Shown here one piece after another: positions 32,199-45,937 of a stretch of 64,000 nucleotides of DNA. Both the position numbers and the translations under genes were made by a program. The notes below the pieces were generated by a model, which worked only from the letters and a program-made list of their open reading frames with translations, ran no database searches and had not been told where the DNA came from. The number at the start of each line of letters is the position of its first letter. Position 1 is the first letter of the stretch. Source of the DNA: Octopus vulgaris (taxonomy: Eukaryota); contig OX597820.1 of NCBI GenBank assembly GCA_951406725.2, positions 108,934,001-108,998,000 on the forward strand, read 5' to 3'.

Positions 32199-33263
32199 TC
32201 TGAACTCAGTGAATTTTGGGAGATTTTTTTCCACATTTTTTCAGCATCGATTTTTCTTCAACTTTAAAAATGGATAGGAGTCTCATGTTATCAAGCATTG
32301 ATTCCGAATGTAAAGCTTTTTCAACGGAAAATAGGGAGATATCGAGAAAAAGAATGAATGAGGTACAAAAGCAGATGGTGTACAATAATGAATAGGATAT
32401 TTCTGTATCCAAAACCGAAAGCAGCGATTCTGAAGAAACAAAGCGGCAATAGTGACAGCAAAGACGATTTTACATCAGAATGAAGTAAAAACTTTAAAAA
32501 TGCTTTTATTAGCAATTTTTCTGAGGAGATAGAGTTTATCTGTAGTCTTTCTTAGGAAGCGAAACCATTAGACTTTCATTTTTTTTCAGTATGCTTGTTT
32601 TGAAGTGATCAAACAAACTTACACAGAATGTAAACAAACCCAAAATGGGGGATCAAAGTTTGGAAAATTTGTGAAGCAAATACTGGGTACTGCTGTGGAT
32701 ATAGTTTTTATACAGGGAAAATAATGTTAGTCAGCAAGGCCTAGGGTACAATGTGGTCTGGAATTTATTACTTCCATACCATAATCAAGGCCGTATAATA
32801 TTTTTTGACCGATTTCTTTAGTTTGGTCAAACTTGCAATGGATTTAGGTGGATTCCAGTATTTCAGTTTATTTCATCTTTGTGGTAACACCTGTTCTGTT
32901 GTGCATTAAATTGATCTAGTGATGTGCATAATTCTTCTATTTCAAAATTTTGTTGCATACCCAATTGAATATTAGCTGATGATTCATTTTCTATGGTGAT
33001 GTTTAAACAAAATTTTAATATTATTACCTTTTGCTCAGTTTACCTGGATTTACCTGTAATTAAAGTCACTTTGAGACAGAAGTTATGCAATAGAATTGAT
33101 TAAGAACCCTTTCTTTAATTATGTTCCAAATATCACATTAATATGTTGATAAGTAAAAAAGTTACAGTTGTTTAATGAAACTAGTCTAAATTCATGATTA
33201 TTTTAGAATTTAATTGAAACTCATGAAGGGTGTATTTTGGTCAGAAATATAGTAACGAAAGGG
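32199..33263 (+). mobile_element. Internally deleted piggyBac element, 5'-truncated copy
   Basis: Transposase remnant PKWGIKVWKICEANTGYCCGYSFYTGK...GLGYNVVWNLLLPYHNQGRIIFFDRF at ~32640-32820; ends TAGTAACGAAAGGG followed by TTAA (33264-33267). Confidence 0.9.
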
Positions 33264-33267
33264 TTAA

Positions 33268-33640
33268 TACTAACTGCATTAGAAAGGAGGTAGTATATCA
33301 ATGTATAGTAAGTATACAATATGATAGTCAGGTATATGTGGGTGCGACAAAAAACAATATGAAACAAAGACTTAATTATCACAACTATACATTTAGAAAC
33401 AGAAATAGGAGATATTTTAGCTACAAATGGGAACTCAAGGATAGGAGAATTAATTATAATTTAGACTGGAAAATATTAATATCAGCACCTGCATGCAAAT
33501 AATAATAGAAAATGTTTATTATGTATTAATGAATTTTTTTTTCTAATTGGGGCTAAAATTCCGCTTATTAACAACTTTAAGGAATGTAATGTTTCCCGTT
33601 TTCATAAAATAGGGTATACCTTTTTCCAAATATAACTAGA
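33268..33640 (+). mobile_element. Penelope-like GIY-YIG fragment
   Basis: VVYQC...YVGATKN.MKQR..YH..TFRN...WELK...LDWKIL...CLLC.NE. Confidence 0.8.
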
Positions 33641-33797
33641 ACCTAGTATTAAAATACCCCTACTGACATAACAGTAATTATTCAGAGTTAACCACTATTA
33701 CTGTATTATATTGTATTAGGTAATATGTGATAATTATGCAGATATATATATAAATGAGGGTATACATTAAGTAAGATATAATTATATGCATATGTGT

Positions 33798-35000
33798 CAT
33801 CATCATTTAATGTCCGCTTTTCATGCTAGCATGGGCTGGACAATTTGACTGAGGGCTGGCGAACCAGATGGCTGCACCAGGCTCCAATCTTGATCTGGCT
33901 GAGTTTCTACAGCTGGATGCCCTTCCTAACGCCAACCACTCCAAGAGTGTAGTGTGTGCTTTAATGTACCACCAGCAAAGGGCCAGTTAGGTGGTACTGG
34001 CAACAACCTTGCTCGAATCTTTTTACACATGCCACCGGCACAGGTGCCAGTAAGGCGATGCTGGTAACGATCATGCAGAGTTTAGTGTCCAAAGAAGGCA
34101 AAGTGGGCTGGTTATGCCCCTGGCATAGGCCACGAGGTTATGGTCTCATTTGGCTTATCAGGTCTTCTCAAGTACGGCATATTTCCAAAAGTCTCAATCA
34201 CTAGTCATTTCCTCGGTGAGGCCTAAAGTTCGAAGGTCATGCTTCACCACTTCATCCCAAGTCTTCCTGGGTCTACCTTTTCGATAGGTTCTCTCAACCA
34301 CTAGGGTGTGGCACTTTTTCACACAGCTATCCTCATCCATTCTCGCCACATGACCATACCAGCGCAGTCGTGTCTCTTGCACACCACATCTGATGCTTCT
34401 TAGGTCCAACTTTTCTCTCAAGGTACTTACACTCTGTCAAGTATGCACACTGACATGACACATTCATCGGATCATAGTGGCTTCATTCCTCGCGAGCTTA
34501 CACATGTCCTCAGCAGTCACAGCCCATGTAGCATGGCTGTTCGTACACATGCGTCATACAATCTACCTTTTACTCTGAGCAAGAGGCCCTTTGTCACCAG
34601 CAGAGGCAAGAGCTCTCTGAACTTTGCCCAGGCTATTCTTATTCTCGCACTTACACTTTCAGTGCACCCTCCCCCACTACTGACTTGGTCACCTAGGTAA
34701 CGGAAGCTATCAACTACTTCTAGTTTTTCTCCCTGGAATGTGGCGGAAGTTGTTCCCTGTGCATTTTCAGTGTTTATTGCTTCCGAGCATCTGCCACATA
34801 CAAAAACTATCTTCCCAGTTAGCCTTCCTTTGATATTACTGCACCTCTTATGTGTCCATAGCTTATACTGGGTACATCTTATAGAGTTTCTACCTATGCC
34901 ACTACTGCAGATCAAGCAGGGGCATCTACCTGAAGGGATTTTTGGTTTGCCTGTCTTCCTACTTATTAGGACTTTGGTTTTAGCTAGGTTGACTCTAAGG
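33798..35000 (-). mobile_element. RTE LINE 3' fragment with UTR
   Basis: ORFs 34517..34915 and 34194..34421; catcat tail at ~33800. Confidence 0.9.
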
Positions 35001-35140
35001 CCCTACATATTTTGGCAGTGTCCACCTACTAAATTCCACTCATAACATACAAGTCAACCCTAGCCTATAATCAAACATTCTTGTCTAAAGTGCCTGACCA
35101 GGTATGTTCAAATTGATCAACTCATTACTAAAGTACTTAC

Positions 35141-35252
35141 CTTTTTGCAGGATATAATTTAATAGCAGTAGCAACAGGAAACATCTTTGCTAAATCTTCA
35201 ACTTTACAGTCAGATGGAAGATTATTCACAACCAATTTACATTTCTCATCCT
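35141..35252 (-). CDS. RRM protein, exon F: (E)DEKCKLVVNNLPSDCKVEDLAKMFPVATAIKLYPAK (RNP2 of second RRM)
   Basis: tttctgtttcAG acceptor and AG|GTAAGT donor; 112 bp, phase 1 to 2; LVVNNLP is RNP2-like. Confidence 0.85.
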
Positions 35253-35699
35253 CTGAAACAGAAAGTAAGATTGGATGAAATAATTGAAAAATAAAAAAAT
35301 TAATAGAAATTCTTAGCAATATCTAGCACAGGTCAACACAAACATGTTACCATGTAATGCTCTAAGCCACCATTAATAGCTACCATCACTGTAAATCACA
35401 ATACATATCAGAATGAAGTTTGCAATAAATTCCATTCTCCAAAATAGTTCAGCATCCATCTCCCCTGGCACATCATGAACCTTAGAGGAATGTTGGTTGG
35501 AGTTGCCCCAACCTGGATCAAGCACACACTCAGGTCTGCTCCAATAGTGTTAGTGGGAGACCAGGAGGTTAACCTCAGGAAATTGAGAGATTTGTATGAA
35601 TCAGGACTTTCACTGTAGGTTGGACCTCTCACCACCTACAACTGATTTGTATGGATTCTTAACTTCTTTTCAGCTATATATACATTTGCGTGTGAATGT

Positions 35700-37320
35700 G
35701 TACCATCATCATCATTTAACATCCATCTTCCATACAAGGGTAGGATGGTTGACAGGAGCAGGCCAGGTAGAAAACCTACTCTAGGCTACTAACTCTGTTT
35801 TGGCAGGACTTTTACAGCTGGATGCCCTTCCAAATGCCAACCATATTACAGTGTGGACTGGATGCTTTTCACATGGCACCAGCATTGGTAGGGTAACTAA
35901 GTAACTCACAAGACAAGGAACTATGAGAGGGGTAAGGGTATATGAGGTACATCAGAGGATGAAATATTAATGACAAAGAGACAGAAGCAGGTGTCTTGCT
36001 ACAAAAGAGGAGGACATTAGAGTAGGTGATCCAGTATCAGTTGAAAGGCTAGAGTGTAACAGAGAAATAGAGAGGCAGAAATAGGTGTCTTGCTATTGAG
36101 GAGGTACTTGGTTACCCAGTGAGAGAGAGAGAGTTAAGAGATAGATAGTGAAAGAAAGGTACAAGAAACAAGTGTGCTGATGTAAAAGAGAAACTTGGTT
36201 ACCTAGTCAAAGAAAAAACAACAGGAGAGAGTGACCAAGGGAAAGAGAGAGACAGAGAGAGTAGGAAACAGCAAAAGTGTAAGATAGAGCAGAAGAGTGA
36301 TGGTGTAGTGTTAGGGTATACTCTCAAGTAACACGGATCTGAGCAGAAAAATATGGTGTGGGTATTGGGGTGGGGGGAGCAGGGATACAGCTGAGGGCAA
36401 GAAAGGGGATTGGAAAACAATTGCATTTTATGAAGAGGAAATGTGAGGAAGAGAAAGATGCAGTTTAGAAGAGGAGTTGTAATTCGGTTTCATAGGATAG
36501 AGTGGATAAAAAGTGTAGTGTTAAATATGGAAGGACACAACCCTCCTAGTACTCAGTTTTGCAGATGCGTCTTCTCTAGAACGTCATATTGTTAAACTTC
36601 TCAGTCCATTGTCATTTCCTCCATGAGCCCCAACCTGCTACGGTTGGTCCTCACCACTTCATCCCATGTCTTCCTAGGACTCCCTCTTCCACAGGTGCCA
36701 TCCACTTTCAGTGATAAGCACTTCTTTTTACAGCTGTCTTCACTCATATGCATTTCCTCTCCTGCATGCCACACTTAATCCCACTTATGCCTAACTTTTC
36801 TTTCAACAGTTGTGATTTGCCAGTCATACACACTGATGTTGCAAATCCAACAGAGCATACTACCTTTATTCCTCTCCAGACTACATATGTTTTCTGCAGT
36901 CTGAGCCCATGTCTCACTACCATGTAACATAGCTGTTCTCACACAAGTATCATACAGTCTACTTTTCACTTTCAGAAAGAGTACTTTTGTTGCCAACAGA
37001 GAGAGTAGTTCTCTGAACTTCCTCCATCCTATTCTTATTCTAGAAACAATACTTTCAGAGCATCCACCATTGTTACTAATTTGGTCACTTAAATAGCAGA
37101 AACTATTTACCACCTCAAGAGAACCTCCTGGGGATTTGAGTAAGTTTAAATCTCTCATGCTCTAAGTACTTATTGTTCATGTGCATCTGCCACACACAAA
37201 AGCAACCCCGTCTGATAACCTATCCACAATTCCACTGCATCTCTTATGCATCCATGACTTACACTTGATGCAGCAAATGGAATTACGTCCACTCCTTTCC
37301 TTCATATTGAACAGGGTCAT
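35700..37320 (-). mobile_element. Older RTE subfamily 3' fragment with long GA/CT-rich UTR
   Basis: ORF 36775..37158 (LEVVNSFCYL, MLHGSETW), purine-rich tract 35900-36530, catcat tail at ~35705. Confidence 0.8.
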
Positions 37321-37699
37321 ATATATATATATATACACACACATGTATATATAGCTGAAAAGGAGTTAAGAATCCATACAAATCAAAATCTGTAGGTAAA
37401 AAGTAAAAGAGAAAACTGCACAGAAGTAGGTTTTAGGACTCTTTTTTTCCTTTAATGGGACAGGATAAGTACTTTTATATTATATTTGTTACACTATGTG
37501 ACATTTATAAATTTTTACCGGTTTTGATGTGTATGTATTACTTATCTAATGCTAAAAATTCAAAGTGTAGAAAAAATTAGGAAATCAAACAATTGGAAAC
37601 TAAAACAATTTTTGTTATATTTTGCATTTTTAAGTACATTTGATGGTCTGTCATTAGCAAGTAAACAAAGTGTGTGTACAAATACACAGATATATACAT

Positions 37700-38900
37700 A
37701 TACAGAGGCAACTCAAAAATTTTACAATATCTACAAACATGTTAGATTGTGGCACATATTATCACCTGACTGAAGCAGTTCGAGCTGTGGAAGGTAGCCA
37801 CTGAGGTTTAGTAGTGTCGTAGCAGTTCATGTGCTATGTATATGATTTGAAAGTAAAGCAGATGAACATGCAATGTAGTCTAATTCAAATTCTTATGCTT
37901 TGAGTTTGGGCTGTAAACATCACAGAAGCAACCAAAAACTTTTGTTGTGCAAAAGATGAATGTGTAGTTGATCATAGTACGATAAACAGATGGTTCAAAA
38001 TATTTTGTTTGGGTTTCAACAACCTTGATAATCAAGCGAGGTCAAGTAGGCCTAAAACCATGTATTCCAAGGCCATGCTTGAAACCAGAGGCAAATCAGG
38101 CAAGTAGCACACAGTATCGGGTGAGCTCAACATCTCACAATCCGGTGTGGTTCGTTACCTTCATTGCCTTGATAAAAGCATCCCGAGCTGCCAAATCGGA
38201 CCTCATAAAATATTCCCAGCTCAACTAGAGGTGAGTGGATGTTTGCAAAGAAATCCTAGAAAACACATGTGATCTATGTTTCTTTAAAAGGATAACATTT
38301 GATGAAAAGTGGAGATTTACCCTCAACCCTAATGTACATGAGTAGTGGTTAAGCAAGGGTCAGCCTCCAGAATTTGTTGCCAAACATGGGTGTTTTGAAC
38401 ACAATGTGTTGTTCTGCATATGGTGAAATTATGACAGAATAATTCACCTACGAATTCATTCTGATGGTCAAACCATCGATGCCAACCCGTACTCTGAACA
38501 AACGAAGAAGATATGTCATTGAGAGGCAAAAATACCTGACATTTGTTAACAGAAAGTGACTTCTGCAACAAGATAACGCAAGACCTTATACTGCTCGAGC
38601 AACCGGGAATAAACTCCAGGAACTTGAAGGAGCTGAACTGATGCCACACCCACTTCCCTTGGAGTGTTACTTGTTCTGGTCCATGGCTCAATTCCTGCAC
38701 TCGCGATGTTTCAGGTGGGGGCTCCAGTGAAGGGGTTCTTTGCCTCGAAGGATAAGAACAGGTATCAAAGAACTGGCAGAAAGCTAGCTTCAGATGATAA
38801 AGCATGGTGACCTCTACTTTGAATGCTGTTTTTTTATACCTTGTCAAATAAAGCAAATAAGTTAGCAAAATATAGTAAAATGTTTGGCTCAATCTTATAT
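37700..38900 (+). mobile_element. Mariner transposase remnant
   Basis: STINRWFK.F..G..NLDNQARSSRP, DEKW and DNARPY...LMPHP motifs with many lesions. Confidence 0.85.
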
Positions 38901-38949
38901 ATAGACATATATATGTACAAATATACAGGTATATACACAGACCATATAC

Positions 38950-39354
38950 TCTTTTTACTCTTTACTCTTTTACTTGTTTCAGTCATTTGACTGCGGCCAT
39001 GCTGGAGCACCGCCTTTAGTCGAGCAAAACCAACCCCAGGACTTATTCTTTGTAAGCCCAGTACTTATTCTACCAGTCTCTTTTGCCGAACCGCTAAGTG
39101 ACGGGGACGTAAACACACCAGCATCGGTTGTCAAGCAATGCTAGGGGGACAAACACAGATACACAAACACATACATATATATATATACATATATACGACA
39201 GACTTCTTTCAGCTTCCGTCTACCAAATCCACTCACAAAGCATTGGTCGGCCCGGGGCTATAGCAGAAGACACTTGCCCAAGATGCCACACAGTGGGACT
39301 GAACCCGGAACCACGTGGTTGGTTAGCAAGCTACTTACCACACAGCCACTCCTG
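38950..39354 (-). mobile_element. tRNA-derived SINE, near full length
   Basis: The reverse complement starts ggagTGGCTGTGTGG (A box)...GGTTCAGTCC (B box); internal microsatellite; (agtaaa)n tail; second copy at 63702-64000. Confidence 0.88.
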
Positions 39355-39965
39355 TACAAATATGCATATAGAGTGAGTGAGTAGGAGTAAAATAATCTCA
39401 GTGTAGATAACACAGAGCACCATTTCAATGTGAATTTAGATTCCAACTTCATAAGGTATCAAAAATGGCTATAAGAGCATTCCAAATCGAGCTGTTCTAA
39501 GATAGATAAGCATAGTTAGGCTTGAGACATGGAGCACGAAATACACATTATGAAATAAAGAAAAAATATATCTATAGAAAATAAATTACGACTTATCTTC
39601 TTACATAATAACCCATATTCATAAGTGGCATGTGCATAATGTCATAGGTGTGCAACCAGCAACAAGCCCAGATAAAATTATTTAAGTCTGGCCTCTCTTT
39701 TCACGAGCAGAGTGGTAAATATTTATGACATCATACACACATGACCTATGAAAATGGTTACAACACAAGTTTGTATATACATTTTTTCTTTATTTTATAT
39801 GTACTTTCTGCTCCATGTAAATGTCTCAAGCCAACTGTGCTTATCTACCTTACTACCTGTAGAAAAACAAACGTATCATATAAATATATATGTATGTTTG
39901 TGAGGGTATGTAACCATGATGTCATATCACTGGACTGAAGAAAGAAGAATGACAAATAATATTAC

Positions 39966-40007
39966 CTGTAATCACAACATTAGCCATCTTCTCAGTTATA
40001 GGAGGAG
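39966..40007 (-). CDS. RRM protein, exon E: (A)PPITEKMANVVIT
   Basis: gttacAG acceptor, CAG|GTAAT donor; 42 bp, phase 1 to 1, open in the required frame. Confidence 0.6.
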
Positions 40008-40547
40008 CTGTAACATATAAGAAAAAGAAATGCCTTTTGTTATACAATGGACAAAAATTAATTTTTGTGACGCAGGACACCTAATTAATGAAACCAACAT
40101 CTCCATTCCAATGAAAATGTATAAAATATTTGAATGTCCCTGGAAAAATGAAAGTTCTCAGCCCTTGTTTAACAGTCTAAAACATACTGCTGGGTTTTAA
40201 TTCATCAATTTACTTCTGTTTTAGCAACTGTAAGGTAAATGATTATAATGGCATGATGTGCTGAAACTTAAGTTATTTGGTTATGTTGAAAATTATTACT
40301 GAAGAATGATGCAATGTATGAGAGGGGGAAATAACAAGGTTTGGTAATAAAAAGTCTTCTGATACAGTTTGGTTATAGGACAAAGGAAAAAAATATGTAG
40401 AGAGTCTTATATTTAATTATTATCTATAGCAGTAAACCCTAAGTTGTGCCTTCTTTCCCTATTTTCTCGCCAGCATAAGTCTGTAACACCATGCAAAGGT
40501 CAGAGGCACTAACCTTCTTTGTTTCTGAAGCCAGAATGTTCCTTTAA

Positions 40548-41185
40548 CCCCTTGCACACAGATTTAGTATTGACAGTCTGTGCTGCGTACTGTTATTAGA
40601 CTGTTCAGTAACTACATAATTTTTCAAACAAGGAATTTTACAGTATATCTACACATTCTTCTCAGAGTGGTATATTTGAAAACACGGTGCCATACAGAGT
40701 GAGACATTGCATTGCTCACATTTAAAGTTTGTTTCTTTCCACACACCCTGCTTCATCAAAAGAACACATCTTCTGTACAGGTGTGGTCTCCCTGATGAGG
40801 GAATAATGATGAGGAAATGTCTGTCAACCTTGCTGGACCAGGTAGAACCAATGGCCTACCTTGTAGCATATACTCTTCGGGAGGGTGGTTGTTACACACC
40901 CCCTTGATCAATGCTGGTCGAAAATCAAGAAATCATTTGAATCCCTATAACCTTCACTGCAAGGAAGGCATTAACCAAAGGTTGAGCAGAAAGAGAAACA
41001 CTTTCTTATATCATTTAATGGTTTTTTGACCACAAGAGTGAGATGTGGCCATTTGATCGGAAAATCTACCCTACCCATGCCTTCATTGTAACTGAGGACA
41101 CAATTTGGCTTCCTGACAATATTTCTGCGCTTCTCAATTTCTGACATTTCAGCAGTATGTTGCATGGATAATATGTCTACAAACT
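40548..41185 (-). mobile_element. piggyBac transposase 3' remnant (second family)
   Basis: KPNCVLSYNEGMGRVD; C-terminal Cys-rich domain HFL..IP...RRC...KETNFKCEQCNVSLCMAPCFQIYH*; the + strand has TTAA (40544-40547) followed by CCC. Confidence 0.85.
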
Positions 41186-41189
41186 TAAG

Positions 41190-41760
41190 GGGATCTTGTG
41201 TCAGATGATGCAAGGTTAGAGCGTGACAGAGAGACAGGTTGGCAGAAACAGGTGTCTTGCCATAGAGAAAGTACATAGTTACCTGGCCAGAGAGAGAGAC
41301 TGAAGACAGAGAGAAGTACAAGAAAGAGAGAATAGGTGTGCTGATGTAAAGGAGATGCTAGGTTACCTAGCCAGAGGGAAAAGCAAGAGAAGGAGAGAGT
41401 GATCAAGAATGAGGGCAGAAACTGGTGTGCTGCTGCAGAGGAGATACATGGCTACCCAACCAAAGGGAAGAGTAAGGAAAAGAGAGAGAGAGTGAGAAAC
41501 AGCAAAAGTGCAAGAGAAGGGAGAGAGATGGTGGTGAAGTAACAAGGATCAGTGCATAGATGTGATGGTTAAGAAGAGAGAGATAAATGGCAATTACCAG
41601 GGTATGCCCTCAAGCTATGGATGTCATAATATATGCAGCCAGGTATCACCAAGAAGGTGTGAATAGGGACTGGGGATTGCAGTGACTGGCGAAAACCTGA
41701 GTATAAAGATGGATACAGTGCAGGAAAGCAGTGATACAGTGAGTAGGGCAGTGAATGACA
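41190..41760. repeat. GA-rich interspersed repeat (same family as 35900-36530, 61540-61900, 9930-10160)
   Basis: Shared agaaacaggtgtcttgct...ggttaccca motifs; probably RTE 3' UTR. Confidence 0.6.
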
Positions 41761-43599
41761 ATCATACTCTTTCTCTTTCACTTGTTTCAGTCCTTTGATT
41801 GCAGCCTTGAATTCAATAAATGCACCAGCTCAATGAGGCAATACAGCTGAAATGATTTGATTAGTGACACAGCAGGTTTCTACAATACAACAATGCTTGT
41901 TCTCATGTCGCATTTTCACCCATTCTCTGAGGTGTTCATCCAACCCCAAAGTGGAACTGAAAATTTCTGGGTAACTGGTGATTTCTGCATTGACAAGCTA
42001 GTATATTGGCAAGAAGTCATGAACAATGAAGATGACTGATTTGTTAAAATTGTGGATAAAAAATAGGGATTGAAATAACTGGAATAGCTATTAGGCAATT
42101 TCTTAATTTTCAAAATATTGAATTTTTATTATTTTTAAGGGTCCATCATTCCAAATAGATTTGATACCATACCTTGGAAATTATTTTTCTTGAATCCCCA
42201 CTATCTCAATTCTCTCAGACACTAAGCATCAATTCTTTTAATTCAGCCAATGTAGAAAAACTCCAACTGAATATTGCAAGAATCCATGTTTTGGAGGTAT
42301 GTTTTAAAAAATTTTAAGTTTAGGCAGCTATTAGAACAGCTGGTAAGCATCACATCTCTAATCTTACAGTAAGGTTTGAAATCTTAACAGAACACATGAA
42401 TTCATTGAAATAAGTAATTTTGAGGGAAGTTGGGTTTCAGTAATTCATCAAACAATCTTTACTATTAAGCAACTGTAACCCTCCATTTTACTCTGAAATC
42501 ATAAGATCATAAATATTAATATAACTGGCTATTAGAAACACTACAACAAACTGTAACTGTGCTTGGAACCACAGAAAATGCAATGCTTTCACTTATCATA
42601 TCAGTGTAATGACCATTAACTTTTTTTTTATATCAAAACTGCAATGCATTGGTATTCTTCTAAGTTAGCATTCATTTGAATGAAATCAGTATGTTGCTCT
42701 CTTGGTTGGGAAAGTTGGACAAGTGAACAGTTAAAAAAGTTCATGAGATGAGAACTACATATCAGGCAAGCAAATAGCTTTTAATTCATTTTGCTTTCCA
42801 GTTTCATGATGTTTCTAACTTTTTACTAGTTTTAATAATTTTATTTCAGCTTAGTGACTCAGAATGTCAAAGCACATGCCTAAATAGCATGACTGTTGTT
42901 GGACGTCCGGAAGATGCTGTCACAACCATAATAATAAAATTGTGGTACTGATATTCATGACTGTCCTTCTGTACATTAATATTTAATATGCAAGGGGTTC
43001 TTCACAATCAAACTTCCAAACCCTAGAAGCAATATGATAATTAAAAATCTTACCCCTTCTCATATTATTGAGCTTCTGAGACATTAAGATTTTCAATGAA
43101 TATTGTGTTGTACATTTGTTAGAAGGCATCTTTGTAAACCTCACCTTTACTCCTAACATACTTTCACCCAATTCACTTTAGAAAACGTTTCTACCCCAGA
43201 CACAGAACAACATAACCACTACATCAACAATACCCACCTGCCATCACAAACATCTAAATCAAAGCAACTCACATCATCACTACTATTTGTCAAGAGAGAG
43301 GTGGGGAGTTGATAGTGCTGATGTTTGATTTATTGAAGCCCAAGATAACACCAAAGAGACACAAAAGGACCTCAACATGATTGCTTGACCTACTAGAATA
43401 TAGCAAGCAAATTTATCATACAACATTCAATCAGCTTAAAGAAGTAGGACATGCATGTTGTCCTAGACTGATACGACTGAATAAGACAGAATGGCTGGTC
43501 TCAGCTACAACACTTTTAATCATGGGTCTATCCTCAAACTAAGTCAGAAATTAGAGGAACACAGCTAAATATTATAATGTACTTAGCATGGTGATTCAT

Positions 43600-43910
43600 A
43601 ACTTCCACCCTGTAAAGCTGATGATGAGCTATGTTCATGAAGCTATTACATCTAGTGGCTTAGTGTACATCAACACACACATCATACAGCAGTATGAAAA
43701 ACAAAGCAGATAAAGATACGAAGACATGGAGAGCCCCTAATCTATCAAGAATTACTGCAGAGATGCTTGAAGTATCTGGCAGAGGGATATGGCCTAACCA
43801 CCTGTATATTTTAATCAGGTAGTACAGGAAGGTATCATACCTAATGATTGGTGTAGCAGCATTATAGTCAGCTGTGACAAGGGTAAAGGAACTGCCTCAG
43901 GGAAAAGTAC
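43600..43910 (+). mobile_element. Old RTE RT fragment
   Basis: ITAEMLEVSG...NQVVQEGIIPNDWCSSIIVSC.KGKG. Confidence 0.7.
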
Positions 43911-43999
43911 AGGCATCTGCCGCGTTATGGCTGATAAACACGTTTTAATAACTGTTGGAAGACAAGCTGCGCTGTTTTTCCTTGTTCTTCGTTAACTAA

Positions 44000-44031
<32 letters not shown>

Positions 44032-44541
44032 CTAGCAGTATCGCCCGGCGTTGCTCGGGTTTGTAAGGGAAATGACTATATAAGCATTTTTAGAGAGTTC
44101 CTTCCCTTATAGATGCCAATTCGGGCTTTCTTAGCCATTTCTGTTTTGGTGTCTTCAAGCCATGAAGTCGTTCTAAAAGAACGCTGGTCTCCTTGACAAC
44201 ACTTTACGACGTTGATTTCCTTACACTCCCTTCCCCACAGCTTCACGAGGGAGGGAAGAAGGGGGAGAAGCAAACAGGTGCAGGTGTGACCATGGACGCC
44301 AACTCCGCCGCCATCGACACATGAAAAATTATGCATTAAAATGGAATAAAAAATTATGTTAAATTATTTTTAAAATCGTAGACTCATCGTAGACGTGCGC
44401 TAATACTCAGACGGGCTTGATATGAATCACGACTATAAGATACCCGAATTTGGTTAAACTGCACCGCAAAATGTGGGAGTAGTTAGGAATCTAAATCGAA
44501 GGGGACAGACACTCACACAACTACAGTTTTATATATATAGA
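44032..44541 (-). mobile_element. Non-autonomous Helitron, copy 1
   Basis: On the minus strand: 5' TCTATATATATAAAA, 3' hairpin CCCGagcaacgcCGGG, then CTAG; A|T target, no TSD. Confidence 0.85.
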
Positions 44542-44545
44542 TATA

Positions 44546-45059
44546 CTAGTAGTATCGCCCGGTGTTGCTCGGGTTTGTAAGGGAAATAACTATATAAGCA
44601 TTTTTAGAGAGTTACTTCCCCTATAGATGCCAATTCGGGCTTTCTTAGCCATTTCTGTTTTGGTGTCTTCAAGCCATGAAGTCGTTGTTCTAAAAGAACG
44701 CTGGTCTCCTTGACAACGCTTTACGACGTTGATTTCCTTACACTCCCTTCCCCACAGCTTCACGAGGGAGGGAAGAAGGGGAAGAAGCAAACACAGGTGC
44801 AGGTGTTTGAGCGTGGACTCCAACTCCGCAGCCATCGACACACGAAAAATTATGCATTAAAATGGAATAAAAAATGTTAAATTATTTTTAAAATCGTAGA
44901 CTCATCGTAGACGCGCGCTAATAGCCAGACAGGCTCGATATTAATCACGACTATAAGATACCCGAATTTGGTTAAACTGCACCGCAAAATGTGGGAGGAG
45001 TTAGGAATCTAAATCGAAGAGGACAGACACTCACACAACTACAGTTTTATATATATAGA
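44546..45059 (-). mobile_element. Non-autonomous Helitron, copy 2 (tandem)
   Basis: Same ends and body as copy 1, with scattered differences. Confidence 0.85.
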
Positions 45060-45937
45060 TATATGTTCTTCCTCTACACAAGGAAGTTCTATAAAGTTAG
45101 AAGCAAAGAGACAGAGGAGGGAGGGAGAAAGAGAGGGATTTAGAGAGATAGATTGAGTGAAGGGAGTGGATAGAGAAGAATAGCGAAAGAGAATGTTGCC
45201 TATCGATCAGAAAGTTATTCTGTGTGCTTCTCTCTCTCTGTCAGCAGATAGCTGTGGATGTTACTGTTACTTTTCTTCAGTTGAAGGGGGAGGTAAAATG
45301 TTTCAGAGTAGAATGACGCATGCATCGAAAGAAAAGTAGATACATACATATATTGTTTAATTAAAAGCAGGAGAGAGGAAGGACACAGAAGTGAGAGAGA
45401 CACATATACCGAAAGAAAAGATGATACATAGACACATTGTTAAATAAAAGACAAATAACTAGAGCAAATATTGGATGCCACTTTCACTTTTCATTACCAC
45501 ACAAAGATAAAATTAACTTGCAAGTGGCTGAGTACTCCACAGACATGCATACCACAGAATATGACAAGGCTGGTCCCTTTCAATTACAGCTACAACTCAT
45601 TTTGGCCAGCTGAGTGGACTGGAGTAAGATAAACCTTCCAGTGGTTGGAAGAAAACAAAAACATCCTATATAGGGGCAGGAAAATCTTTTTAGTCTTTAG
45701 GGTCAATATGGGTATTAATCTGATCTTAACAGAAGCATTTGTGTCTCACAGATCTGGAGGTCAAGCCCCCAGGTAAACACCAATGCACAGACTGTTGTTA
45801 TCAAATTAAGCATGAGTTGAGGGCGAAGTCACTACATGACAGAATAGCAATTATTTCGTCTTAGCTTTCACTGTTTATACTAAACACATGATATTTTTGC
45901 ATCATGATATAGAACATTTCGTTTTCTTTCACTCTTT

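Noticed and set aside
39290-39354. tRNA gene
   Set aside because: A and B boxes only, with no cloverleaf; it continues into a SINE body found elsewhere in the window.
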